A DNA stretch of 64,000 nucleotides from Burkholderiales bacterium (GCA_038244115.1 JBBRTU010000003.1:71647-135646); one strand, 5' to 3'. Positions 27,454 to 35,516 are shown, counted from the first letter of the stretch. The notes: generated by a model from the sequence alone, not told the origin. Numbers and translations: made by a program.

Positions 27454-28920
27454 GTGCCTATATCTCGACGTGATTTTATGAAAAGGTCGCTTGCCGCCGG
27501 TATCGCCGGCGCTGGCGTAATGTTGAATTCCAGCTCAAGTTTCGCTGCACGCCATGATCCGGTTGGTGAAGCGCAGGCCGATTTTTTTAAGAAATTTGAA
27601 GGCAATGTCTTGTTGTTGCCCGGCAAATATAACGGTACGGTGTCGGCCTTGGATCTCGCTGTTCCGGAAACGCTCGCCTGGTTCAACTATGGTTTGACGG
27701 GTGTCAATATGCCGATTCCGCATCACATCGCCGCCATGCCCTCGGCCGACCCGTATAAGGGGTTCGACTTTTATCAGACGATGCAGCCGCCGATGTCGCC
27801 CTACGTCAACGAAAACTCTCCGGAGTGGCGCGATCGCGGCGACTTCAAAATGTTCAAGATGCGCTTCGACGGCTCGGGCAAGCAAAACTCGATTACGGTG
27901 GTGAACGACGTTGCCGCGACCACGGGCATGGCGCTTGGCGTGCATGTCTCGATCGGTGTGGGCGAGAATGCGAACAAATACGTTGCCTTCGCTGATGGGC
28001 AGAAAGACATGGTGCTGATTACGACGATTGATGACAACCCGAAGATCGTCAAGGCGCTGCGCGTGGACTATGACCCGATCGCACGCCAAGTCAATGTCAG
28101 CCATGTGTTCCCCGATCCCGCCACCGGCAAGTTCGATTTCCAGGGACGCAAGGGGATGAAAACCTCGCATGAAGCAATGCTGGGCGAAGAACTCATGCCG
28201 GCTGATCCGACCGCGGTATTCGTGGACGCGTTCACCTGGCATCCCACGCTGCCGCTAGGTGCGATCCTGATACGTCGTCTAGGTTGCTGTGCGATTATCG
28301 ATACCCGTACCTGGGAAGTTAAAGCACTGCTCTCGACCGCGAAAGGTTCGCCAGACAACTTCCCGCTGGTTAAGCAGCAAGGCTTCACTTGGACGTTTGC
28401 CGTACCATCGGTGCTTACCCCCTTGCATGAAGCAGGCTTCTTGCCGAGCGGGGAATATTTTGTCGCATGTAACAATGTGCTGCAAAACAACATCGCCGTT
28501 TACCGGGCAACCGATCCTAATCCGCTCAAGTGGAAAAAAGAAGCGTTCGTCGAAGGCTTTGGCAACAAATACTTGCCGCTGCACATGGGCAATGTGCCGG
28601 ATTCGCGTTGGGCCTACTTCACCATGTGGGCGCGCAAGCCGAACAATGGCTATATCGCCAAGGTGGACACCAAGTCCTGGCAGGTGGTCCACAAGTGGGA
28701 CACGGGACCCGATCCCCATACCTGCGATTGCACGGTGGATGGTAAATATATGACCACCGTATATAGCGGGAATCAGGGCGGGCAGTCGGGCTTGGTGGTG
28801 CTCAATGTTGATACCGACAAAATCGAAGCGCGTCTCCCCAGCGCCGCCGGCCATCACGATCATGTAGTGGTGCCGAAGGACTGGGAAGGCATGAAGGCCT
28901 CGCGCAGCACCTCTGTGTAA
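27454..28920 (+). CDS. tcdh: Thiocyanate dehydrogenase (TcDH) homolog, Tat-exported multicopper beta-propeller
   Basis: Tat signal SRRDFMK; motifs PGKYNGTV, PIPHHIAAMPSADPYK, LGVHVSI, ADGQKD, PLHEAGF, PLHM, GPDPHT, GHHDHVVVP and C-terminal SRST match Thioalkalivibrio TcDH as I recall it. Confidence 0.85.
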   Translation: MPISRRDFMKRSLAAGIAGAGVMLNSSSSFAARHDPVGEAQADFFKKFEGNVLLLPGKYNGTVSALDLAVPETLAWFNYGLTGVNMPIPHHIAAMPSADPYKGFDFYQTMQPPMSPYVNENSPEWRDRGDFKMFKMRFDGSGKQNSITVVNDVAATTGMALGVHVSIGVGENANKYVAFADGQKDMVLITTIDDNPKIVKALRVDYDPIARQVNVSHVFPDPATGKFDFQGRKGMKTSHEAMLGEELMPADPTAVFVDAFTWHPTLPLGAILIRRLGCCAIIDTRTWEVKALLSTAKGSPDNFPLVKQQGFTWTFAVPSVLTPLHEAGFLPSGEYFVACNNVLQNNIAVYRATDPNPLKWKKEAFVEGFGNKYLPLHMGNVPDSRWAYFTMWARKPNNGYIAKVDTKSWQVVHKWDTGPDPHTCDCTVDGKYMTTVYSGNQGGQSGLVVLNVDTDKIEARLPSAAGHHDHVVVPKDWEGMKASRSTSV

Positions 28921-28929
28921 TCTCCCCCT

Positions 28930-28968
28930 GCGTGCCGCAGTCCACCAGGGCGGTGGCACGCTTTTTTT
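28930..28968 (+). terminator. Rho-independent terminator/attenuator after tcdh
   Basis: gcgtgcc...ggcacgc stem followed by T7. Confidence 0.7.
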
Positions 28969-28978
28969 GGAGTGAGAA

Positions 28979-29422
28979 ATGCGAGCAATAAAATTCGATT
29001 TCACGCGCAGCTTGCAGCGACTGATGTTAGCCACCGGTTTTGTTTTGGCAAGCCTGCCGTCGGCCGTGTTGGCGCATAGCAATGAATACCTGGAAACCAT
29101 CACCGGTGCGCATGGCGGCAAGCTGCGCATGGCCGAGCAATACCATTTCGAAATGGTATTGGCGAATGGCGAATTACGCGTGTGGGTAACCGATCACGGC
29201 GACAATCCGCAATCGACCGTGGGTGCGACAGGGAATGTGAAATTAGTGATGGAAGCCGGCAATATCACGGTGAATCTTATCCCAAGCGGCGCGAACCTCC
29301 TGGTGGGCAAGGATCCGAAGATTCGCGCGAATGCTCCGGTTAAGGCAATTTTCTCCGTGACAATGAAAGGGCAGAAACCAGTTCAAACGCGCTTTGCGTT
29401 TGAAGCCACCACTAAGAAATAA
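28979..29422 (+). CDS. Conserved exported protein, possible copper chaperone
   Basis: Signal peptide ending AVLA|HSN; GAHGGKLRMAEQYHFEMV...VWVTDH His/Met motif of a kind seen next to metal-efflux genes. Confidence 0.55.
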   Translation: MRAIKFDFTRSLQRLMLATGFVLASLPSAVLAHSNEYLETITGAHGGKLRMAEQYHFEMVLANGELRVWVTDHGDNPQSTVGATGNVKLVMEAGNITVNLIPSGANLLVGKDPKIRANAPVKAIFSVTMKGQKPVQTRFAFEATTKK

Positions 29423-29447
29423 ATGGATCGCTACTGCTGGAGGAGAG

Positions 29448-30068
29448 ATGAAGACACGTCACCTCCTGTTTATCGCTGTGTTCGGGATACCGGTAGGCAC
29501 TGGCTGGGCGCAGGACCTTGCCGTGAAAAACGCAGCCACGCAATTGCTGCGCACCAATGCATGTAAGAACTGCAATCTGACCGAAGCGAATTTGGCTGGC
29601 ATTAATCTCATCGGCGCGAACCTGACCGGCGCTGATTTGAGCGGCGCCAACTTGGCTAGCACAGTGTTGATTGGGGCGGATATGCGCAACGCTATTCTGA
29701 ATGGCGCCAATTTATCGCGCGCCAATATCAGTGGCGCCAATCTGACCGGCAGCCAACTTGCCAAGATTATTTTAGACGATGCAGTGGCGAGCCGTGCCAA
29801 TTTGTATAAAGTCACCGCGACAGGCGCCAGTTTCCGGCGCACGAAATTGGAGTATGTGAATTTTGAAGGTGCAGAGTTAAAAGGAGCGAACTTCGAAGGT
29901 GGGGATTTTTACGAAGCACACTTTCTTTTTGCCGAGCTCACCAACGCGAACTTTGAAGGCGCAGATTTGAGTGCCGCCGATTTTTCCGATGCGAATATGC
30001 TGGGTGTACGAACCGACTCCAAGACGACCTGCCCGACTTTTCAAGCAGGGCCATGCAAATTCAAATAA
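29448..30068 (+). CDS. Exported pentapeptide-repeat protein
   Basis: Long A(N/D)LxG repeats; N-cap CKNCNL; signal peptide; RBS ggagg. Confidence 0.9.
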   Translation: MKTRHLLFIAVFGIPVGTGWAQDLAVKNAATQLLRTNACKNCNLTEANLAGINLIGANLTGADLSGANLASTVLIGADMRNAILNGANLSRANISGANLTGSQLAKIILDDAVASRANLYKVTATGASFRRTKLEYVNFEGAELKGANFEGGDFYEAHFLFAELTNANFEGADLSAADFSDANMLGVRTDSKTTCPTFQAGPCKFK

Positions 30069-30134
30069 CCATGTTGCGATCGACAGCCGCCGTGCTTTGT
30101 CGCGAAATAATTAAATATTAAAAATGAATTTGAA

Positions 30135-30734
30135 ATGAACCGGGATTATTTATTGTTTTACCGCTGGATCGCACTGAATGTGGTTGGATTTTCCATTCTG
30201 CTCGTATTCCACTTACATGGCATGATGGTGCCAGTTTATATTGCCGATACTTCATACATTGTTTATGTCATCACCGGACTTTTTTTGTACGGTTTAACGT
30301 TATGCGGCTATCGCGTATGGAAGACCAGCCGCGAACTGAATTGGGTCAAACTGGGCGGCCGGGGCAAGCTCAAAGAATTTCAGGATCTCAGCAAGCGGGC
30401 GGATAAGGAGAGTGTGAAGGAGGCATTTGAGATTAAATTGTTCGCGCGCATTGCGCACATTAAATATGTTTCTTCCAGTCTCGTCATGCTCGGGTTGTTG
30501 GGTACGGTGATTGGCTTCATCATGGTGCTTACTAACATACCTAGCAACGCAATCGGCGACACAGCGCAGGTGGGTAAGTTGGTCGGCGCGCTGACGAACG
30601 GCATGGGCGTCGCGCTCTACACTACGCTCGTGGGCGCGATTACCAATCTCTGGCTTAACGCCAACTACAACATGCTGCGCACAGGCGTGGTCAATCTGAT
30701 TGCCGCTATTCTCGAATCGCCGGATACAGATTAG
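30135..30734 (+). CDS. MotA/TolQ/ExbB proton-channel family protein
   Basis: LVMLGLLGTVIGF and GMGVALYTTLVGA helices. Confidence 0.88.
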   Translation: MNRDYLLFYRWIALNVVGFSILLVFHLHGMMVPVYIADTSYIVYVITGLFLYGLTLCGYRVWKTSRELNWVKLGGRGKLKEFQDLSKRADKESVKEAFEIKLFARIAHIKYVSSSLVMLGLLGTVIGFIMVLTNIPSNAIGDTAQVGKLVGALTNGMGVALYTTLVGAITNLWLNANYNMLRTGVVNLIAAILESPDTD

Positions 30735-30743
30735 AACCAAGCA

Positions 30744-31397
30744 ATGAGCAAGCACTTTTCTTTCGATGCGGAGGAACAGGACGACTCCGACGTTGTATTT
30801 CGGGATGTGATCACGCTGGCTTTGCTCGGGTTTGTATCGCTCGTGATTATCATGCTGCCGCACATCAACCCGGCGAAACCGAAACAAGAAGATAGCAAGG
30901 CGGCACAAGCGCCGGGAAATGTCATCGTGGAAGTGCGTTGGGACGATAAGATCGACGCTGATGTGGATCTCTGGGTGCAGGCGCCAGGCGATGTGCCAGT
31001 GGGTTACTCCAATCTGGGCGGTCAGGTATTCAATTTGTTGCGGGACGATATCGGCTTCCGCAACGATGCCTCGAATCTTAACTATGAGAATGCATTTTCG
31101 CGCAGCATTCCGGCGGGAGAATACGCCGTTAATCTGCACATGTATTTCAATCGCGCGAATTTGTGGCCTGTGAAAGCGAAAGTGCTGGTCTCCACCATTA
31201 AACCTAGCGGCATTTCCCGTGTCAGCCAGCAGATACTTGTTTCGGACGTGGCTCTTAAAAGGCAGGGCGAAGAAATTACTGTGTTCCGCTTTAAACTGGA
31301 TGATCACGGAGACTTGGTGCCGGGCAGCGTAAATGCCAATCCGAAAAAGCTGCGTACCGACGCACCGGGCGGCTACCACTTTGGTACCTACAAATGA
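30744..31397 (+). CDS. Single-TM partner of the MotA/TolQ protein (ExbD/MotB-like TM Asp, atypical periplasmic domain)
   Basis: VFRDVITLALLGF TM with Asp at the ExbD/MotB position; periplasmic DVDLWV..PG...LLRDD.G...NYE...PAGEY.VNLH (YfaP/DUF2135-like). Confidence 0.6.
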   Translation: MSKHFSFDAEEQDDSDVVFRDVITLALLGFVSLVIIMLPHINPAKPKQEDSKAAQAPGNVIVEVRWDDKIDADVDLWVQAPGDVPVGYSNLGGQVFNLLRDDIGFRNDASNLNYENAFSRSIPAGEYAVNLHMYFNRANLWPVKAKVLVSTIKPSGISRVSQQILVSDVALKRQGEEITVFRFKLDDHGDLVPGSVNANPKKLRTDAPGGYHFGTYK

Positions 31398-31933
31398 GCC
31401 ACTTGCTAGCACTGTTGGTCGGCTATCTGCTTATTTCGCTGGGGTACGCGTTGTTTTCGCTGAGAACGACGAGAAGCCTCTTGTTTCGGACTGTGGCGCT
31501 TGGCTATTTGTTGGTTTCCATCGGGTGGGTTTTATATTTTTACAACCAACTGTTGTCACTTCCCAAGCCTATCGACCAGGAATTCTTCAACAATGCTAAA
31601 GAAGCGGTAGTGCTGGCGGTTCGTCCGAAAAGCGATAGTGCGGTATATCTTTGGCTACAATTGCCGGATAGAGATTACCCGTCTTATTACGTCATGCCCT
31701 GGAATGGGCGAGCTGCCGAGGAGTTGGAGATAGCACAGCGCGAGGCGGCACAGCAAGAAGGGCTGGTAATCATGAAGCATCCCTTCCATCGCAATCCGCA
31801 GCAAGGAATACGCGGCGTCGACAAGGATCCAGTGTTCTACGCTGCACCGCCGCCGCGGCCACCGGAAAAAATGGGCGAGCTGCATCCTGACTCGCCCATC
31901 GTCTCGAACAATCTGTCTAGAGTGACTCCATGA
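31394..31933 (+). CDS. Hypothetical membrane-anchored protein, third gene of the MotA/TolQ module
   Basis: ATGA overlap with the previous gene; two TM helices; VYLWL...PSYYVMPW; Pro-rich tail APPPRPPEK. Confidence 0.65.
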   Translation: MSHLLALLVGYLLISLGYALFSLRTTRSLLFRTVALGYLLVSIGWVLYFYNQLLSLPKPIDQEFFNNAKEAVVLAVRPKSDSAVYLWLQLPDRDYPSYYVMPWNGRAAEELEIAQREAAQQEGLVIMKHPFHRNPQQGIRGVDKDPVFYAAPPPRPPEKMGELHPDSPIVSNNLSRVTP

Positions 31934-32152
31934 AATGCAGGCAGGCGGATAAGTGGCGTATTTACCCCATCCAGGCCGAAAGAGAAAGCAAGAGGAGCGA
32001 GAGCACGGCAGGAAACGCGCAGCGGGGTGGACAATCGCCCATTTCTCCGCAAACCGCATAATCCGCGTCGCCTGGCCGTGCTGCGATCGATCCACAACCC
32101 CCGTGTTTTGTCGCGGAATAGTACAAAAATTTTATCCTTTTGGGGAACCTAT

Positions 32153-33121
32153 ATGAGCCAATCCCACTACTGCCTGTCCCTATTGCCCCTCCTTGCAGCC
32201 ATGGGGACCGTCATAAGTGATGCTCATGCCTCCTGCGGCCAAGCATTCTGTGTCGTAAACACCAATTGGGCAATGCAGGGCGTACCGTCCGACCCAGAAA
32301 GCAGTCGTCTTGATCTGCATTATGAGTACATCAACCAGAACAAACTACGGCAGGGAAACCGGAAAATTTCGGCTGCTGATGACACGGCTGACACGCGGGA
32401 AAACCGTACACTCAACCACAATATCGTCGCCACTTATGACTACACGGCATCTAATGCCTGGGGGGTTTCGATTGCTGTGCCGCTGCAGCAGCGCATTCAC
32501 GACCATATTACTGACCCAACGGGCACTGCCAGTTACGAAAAGTGGGACTTCACCAAGATGGGCGACATCAAACTGATGGCAAGCTACAACATCACAAATG
32601 ACGAAGATCCTCTCAATAATTTCGGATTGCAGTTCGGACTAAAGCTCCCGTCTGGCAGCCACACAGTTGCCAACGGTGACGGCACCCGAGCGGAACGCGC
32701 ATTGCAGCCGGGTTCAGGCAGTACCGACGTGATCATAGGAACCTTCTATACACATCCCGGCTTCGGAGTCGGTTCGACCTGGTTCGCGCAAGGCACACAC
32801 CAGCAGGCTGTGATGACGCGTGATGACTTCCGCCCCGGCGGTGTCACCTCTCTCACCGCAGGCTATACACAGCCCTTAGCCGGCGCACTCGCCGGCACCC
32901 TCCAACTCAACGCCCTGTTCAAAGCCCGCGATGTTGGCGCTCAGGCAGAGCCGGATCTGTCCGGCGGAAAATACGTTTTCATCAGCCCCGGCCTCCGTTA
33001 CGCGGCATCCAAGTCCGTGCAGATATATGCTTACGCGCAATTGCCGATTTACCGTTTCGTCAATGGTATTCAGCTTACTGCCGACCTCGCTTTTGTCGGC
33101 GGCGTCACAATACGCTTCTAG
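32153..33121 (+). CDS. Outer-membrane beta-barrel transporter (SphA/MetA-pathway-like) with N-terminal Cys motif
   Basis: Signal ending AHA|SCGQAFC; MGDIKL; GLKLPSG; ERALQPGSGSTD; terminal Phe. Confidence 0.7.
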   Translation: MSQSHYCLSLLPLLAAMGTVISDAHASCGQAFCVVNTNWAMQGVPSDPESSRLDLHYEYINQNKLRQGNRKISAADDTADTRENRTLNHNIVATYDYTASNAWGVSIAVPLQQRIHDHITDPTGTASYEKWDFTKMGDIKLMASYNITNDEDPLNNFGLQFGLKLPSGSHTVANGDGTRAERALQPGSGSTDVIIGTFYTHPGFGVGSTWFAQGTHQQAVMTRDDFRPGGVTSLTAGYTQPLAGALAGTLQLNALFKARDVGAQAEPDLSGGKYVFISPGLRYAASKSVQIYAYAQLPIYRFVNGIQLTADLAFVGGVTIRF

Positions 33122-33240
33122 TTACTTCTTCCCAGCCATCGCAATATCCCTGCTGCAGCTATTCCTTTTGGCAACCAAATTTGCACGATGGAGAGCAACC
33201 GTAGATCATATAGGCTTAAAAAATTCCTTGGAGCATTCCC

Positions 33241-33672
33241 ATGAAAACGCTTTTTGCCATCCTGCTTGTCATTAGCACCGTGCCCGCATGGGCGCAATCC
33301 GACGTTTCAACAGCGGGCGCGCCAAAGGGCGCTGGGGCAGTCGTCACCAAAAGTGGGCTGATTTATTGGTCATTGAAAGACGGCACTGGCGCTAAACCTA
33401 CGGCAACCGATTCGGTGAAAGTTCACTACAAGGGAACGTTGATGGATGGTAAGGAATTCGACAGTTCGTACAAGCGCGGCCAACCCGCAGAATTCCCGCT
33501 GAACCATGTAATCAAGTGCTGGACAGAGGGTGTGCAACTCATGAAGATCGGTGGCAGGGCAAAGCTTATTTGCCCGCCGTCAATCGCCTATGGCGCGCAA
33601 GGTGCAGGTGATGTGATCCCACCTAATGCAACATTGCAGTTCGAGATCGAGTTGTTAGGCATAAATCGTTAA
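33241..33672 (+). CDS. FKBP-type peptidyl-prolyl isomerase
   Basis: VKVHYKGTLMDGKEFDSS, VIKCWTEG, AYG, IPPNATLQFEIELL. Confidence 0.95.
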   Translation: MKTLFAILLVISTVPAWAQSDVSTAGAPKGAGAVVTKSGLIYWSLKDGTGAKPTATDSVKVHYKGTLMDGKEFDSSYKRGQPAEFPLNHVIKCWTEGVQLMKIGGRAKLICPPSIAYGAQGAGDVIPPNATLQFEIELLGINR

Positions 33673-33688
33673 TGCGAATCTCCGTCAC

Positions 33689-33725
33689 CCCCTCTCCCGC
33701 CTGCGGGAGAGGGCTGGGGAGAGGG
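33689..33725. repeat. REP-like GC palindrome, left flank of DUF559
   Basis: cccctctcccgc-ct-gcgggagaggg-ct-ggggagaggg. Confidence 0.85.
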
Positions 33726-33728
33726 TAA

Positions 33729-34091
33729 ATGCTCAACAATGCCAAAACCTTGCGCAGCAACCAAACCGAAGCCGAGCAACGACTCTGGTATCACCTGCGG
33801 GCACATCGTTTCATGGGACTAAAATTTAAGCGGCAAAAACCCATGGGGCGCTACATTGTGGATTTTGTATGTCTGGAGCGACAGTTGATCATTGAGCTTG
33901 ACGGTGGCCAACATGCCGAACAAGTTGAATATGACCAGCAACGTGACGCATGGTTGCGCGGTCAAGGCTATACCGTGATGCGCTTCTGGAACAACGATGT
34001 TATGCAGCAGTTGGACGGGGTGCTGGAGCAGATTCGTGGTGTGCTTGCCCTCTCCCCCGGCCCCTCTCCCGCTAGCGGGAGAGGGGAGTAA
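33729..34091 (+). CDS. DUF559 (Vsr-like) endonuclease-domain protein
   Basis: LRSNQTEAEQRLW..LR, KFKRQKP.GRYIVDF.C, IELDGGQH, RDAWL...GY.VMRFWN. Confidence 0.92.
   Translation: MLNNAKTLRSNQTEAEQRLWYHLRAHRFMGLKFKRQKPMGRYIVDFVCLERQLIIELDGGQHAEQVEYDQQRDAWLRGQGYTVMRFWNNDVMQQLDGVLEQIRGVLALSPGPSPASGRGE
34048..34086. repeat. REP-like GC palindrome, right flank of DUF559 (inverted relative to the left copy)
   Basis: ccctctccccc-gg-cccctctcccgc-ta-gcgggagagggg; its reverse complement matches the left copy; it is translated as LSPGPSPASGRG. Confidence 0.85.
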
Positions 34092-34215
34092 TTCCATTTT
34101 CAAATTAAAAGGAGAACAAGGCGGCGAGGATGAGGCGACGAAGACAGTACAAATAGTACGGCTAGGAGCCGAAGACGAAGCCAACGCGGTTATCGTTTTA
34201 ATTTGGAAATGGAAT
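34091..34215. mobile_element. 125-bp MITE/ERIC-like palindromic element, copy 2
   Basis: 20-bp inverted ends with 1 mismatch (attccattttcaaattaaaa / ttttaatttggaaatggaat); body nearly identical to copy 1. Confidence 0.85.
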
Positions 34216-34217
34216 AG

Positions 34218-35258
34218 CTATTTCCACAAATCTATTTCCACACCCTTCTCGCGCAACGCATCACCACGCGCTTTGACGAAGCGCTGGAAACTTGGCTGGG
34301 TAAGGTATGCCCGGCTTGCCACGTAGTCGAGCGAAGACTGCAAATGAAAGGCCTTGAGATAAGCCTCCACACGAAATACTTCCTTGCCATGCTCATCGAA
34401 AAACACGATGGATGGGGTGTAAGCCAGCTTCAGCGCACGCGCCCACTCGGCTTCGTTGCTCTTGCTTCCATCGGGGGTGAGTACCGGCTGTCTGCCGAAT
34501 AAATTGAGGCGGACTACTTCGAATTTTTCAATCAGTTTTTTTGTTTCCGGTTCCTTTAGCGCATCCATGTGCATCTCGTCGCAAGCAGCGCAATGCGGCT
34601 GCTCGAAAAACACTGCCAGCGGTTTCTTGGCAGGAATTTTGTTGCGTTGCAACGCGTAGGGCGGACTGGTGAAGAAGGGCTCATCGTGCAGCAAGCCGGT
34701 ATCCGGTGTTGGGGCGGTCTTGCGTAGATAGTCGGAAAAACTCACCGTATTTTCCATATGCTTGGTCACGTAATCCAGCGCCACGCGAAACTTATGCGGT
34801 GGGTAATAGCCGTTCAGCCGCAGCACTACTTTTCCCTGCTCATCGAGGAACAACAGGGTCGGCGTGAAATTTACTTTGAGATATGCCGCCAGTTCTTTTT
34901 CGGAACGACGCTTCCCGTCCAGCCACACGGTTTCGCGGTCATCCCACATATCGATCGCTATAGCCTGGAAATGCCGGCGCGTGGTCTCCACAATATCTTT
35001 CTGGCTGAAATTCACCTGGACCAGTTCGCGGCAATAGGGGCAGCCTTGCTGCCCGAAATAAATCAGCAGGCGCCTCTTGGTCTTGGCAGCGTCGGCAACA
35101 TCCTCCCGAAAATCAAGGAAGGAATTCGCAAACCAGCGCGGAACCTCGATCCCCTGGGGGATGGGTGCTGTATTTTCAGTGGAAGGTTCAATTGCCAAGG
35201 CAGTGCCGATACTGCCAATAAGCAGCACAACAATCAGGATCAACCGTTTAGGATTCAT
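34218..35258 (-). CDS. SoxW-like tandem thioredoxin-fold periplasmic protein
   Basis: WFANSFLDFREDV; FGQQGCPYC; TPTLLF; second domain FEQPHCAAC...YTPSIVF. Confidence 0.8.
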   Translation of the reverse strand: MNPKRLILIVVLLIGSIGTALAIEPSTENTAPIPQGIEVPRWFANSFLDFREDVADAAKTKRRLLIYFGQQGCPYCRELVQVNFSQKDIVETTRRHFQAIAIDMWDDRETVWLDGKRRSEKELAAYLKVNFTPTLLFLDEQGKVVLRLNGYYPPHKFRVALDYVTKHMENTVSFSDYLRKTAPTPDTGLLHDEPFFTSPPYALQRNKIPAKKPLAVFFEQPHCAACDEMHMDALKEPETKKLIEKFEVVRLNLFGRQPVLTPDGSKSNEAEWARALKLAYTPSIVFFDEHGKEVFRVEAYLKAFHLQSSLDYVASRAYLTQPSFQRFVKARGDALREKGVEIDLWK

Positions 35259-35262
35259 CGAT

Positions 35263-35487
35263 TCACTTTTCTTGTTGTTCGGCAGCCTCGCGTTGCCGCT
35301 GTGCCTGCTCTTCCATTTGCGGGCCGACTCCTTTGGCTTTATCCAGCGCATTGCGCTGATCCTGGAACAAGCCAGGTGCTGGCTTGATATCGCCCATTTG
35401 CGGCACCGGCGGTTTGTTCGGGGGTGGTTTGTCGCAAGCGACCAACCCGCATGAAACCAAAACAGCGAATAACAAATTGAGTTTCAT
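35263..35487 (-). CDS. Small lipoprotein
   Basis: Lipobox LVAC; QRNALDKAKGV motif; RBS gagg. Confidence 0.7.
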   Translation of the reverse strand: MKLNLLFAVLVSCGLVACDKPPPNKPPVPQMGDIKPAPGLFQDQRNALDKAKGVGPQMEEQAQRQREAAEQQEK

Positions 35488-35516
35488 AGGCACCTCTCTT
35501 CTATTGCAACTATAGA

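Noticed and set aside
28954-28970. TGGCACG after tcdh as a sigma54 -24 box
   Set aside because: There is no -12 GC, and the sequence is the 3' arm of the terminator stem.
29448-30068. CKNC as a heme-c site or Qnr-type resistance protein
   Set aside because: No His follows CxxC, and the signal peptide argues against a cytoplasmic gyrase-protecting role.
30135-31933. Zorya (ZorAB) defence system or flagellar stator
   Set aside because: The MotA-like protein has no long cytoplasmic tail, the partner has no OmpA-like domain, and there are no zorC/D/E or flagellar genes.
15620-33121. TcDH region as a currently mobile genomic island
   Set aside because: I saw no integrase, transposase, tRNA or flanking direct repeats. 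'Island' is used only in the functional sense.
33169-33185. TGGCAA-CCAAAT-TTGCA upstream of the FKBP gene
   Set aside because: The GG-GC spacing is one base too long for sigma54.
33819-34326. ORFs 33819-34184 (-), 33997-34326 (+) and the similar 17725-17961 (-)
   Set aside because: Their shared peptide comes from reading through the 125-bp MITE. There is no evidence they are genes.
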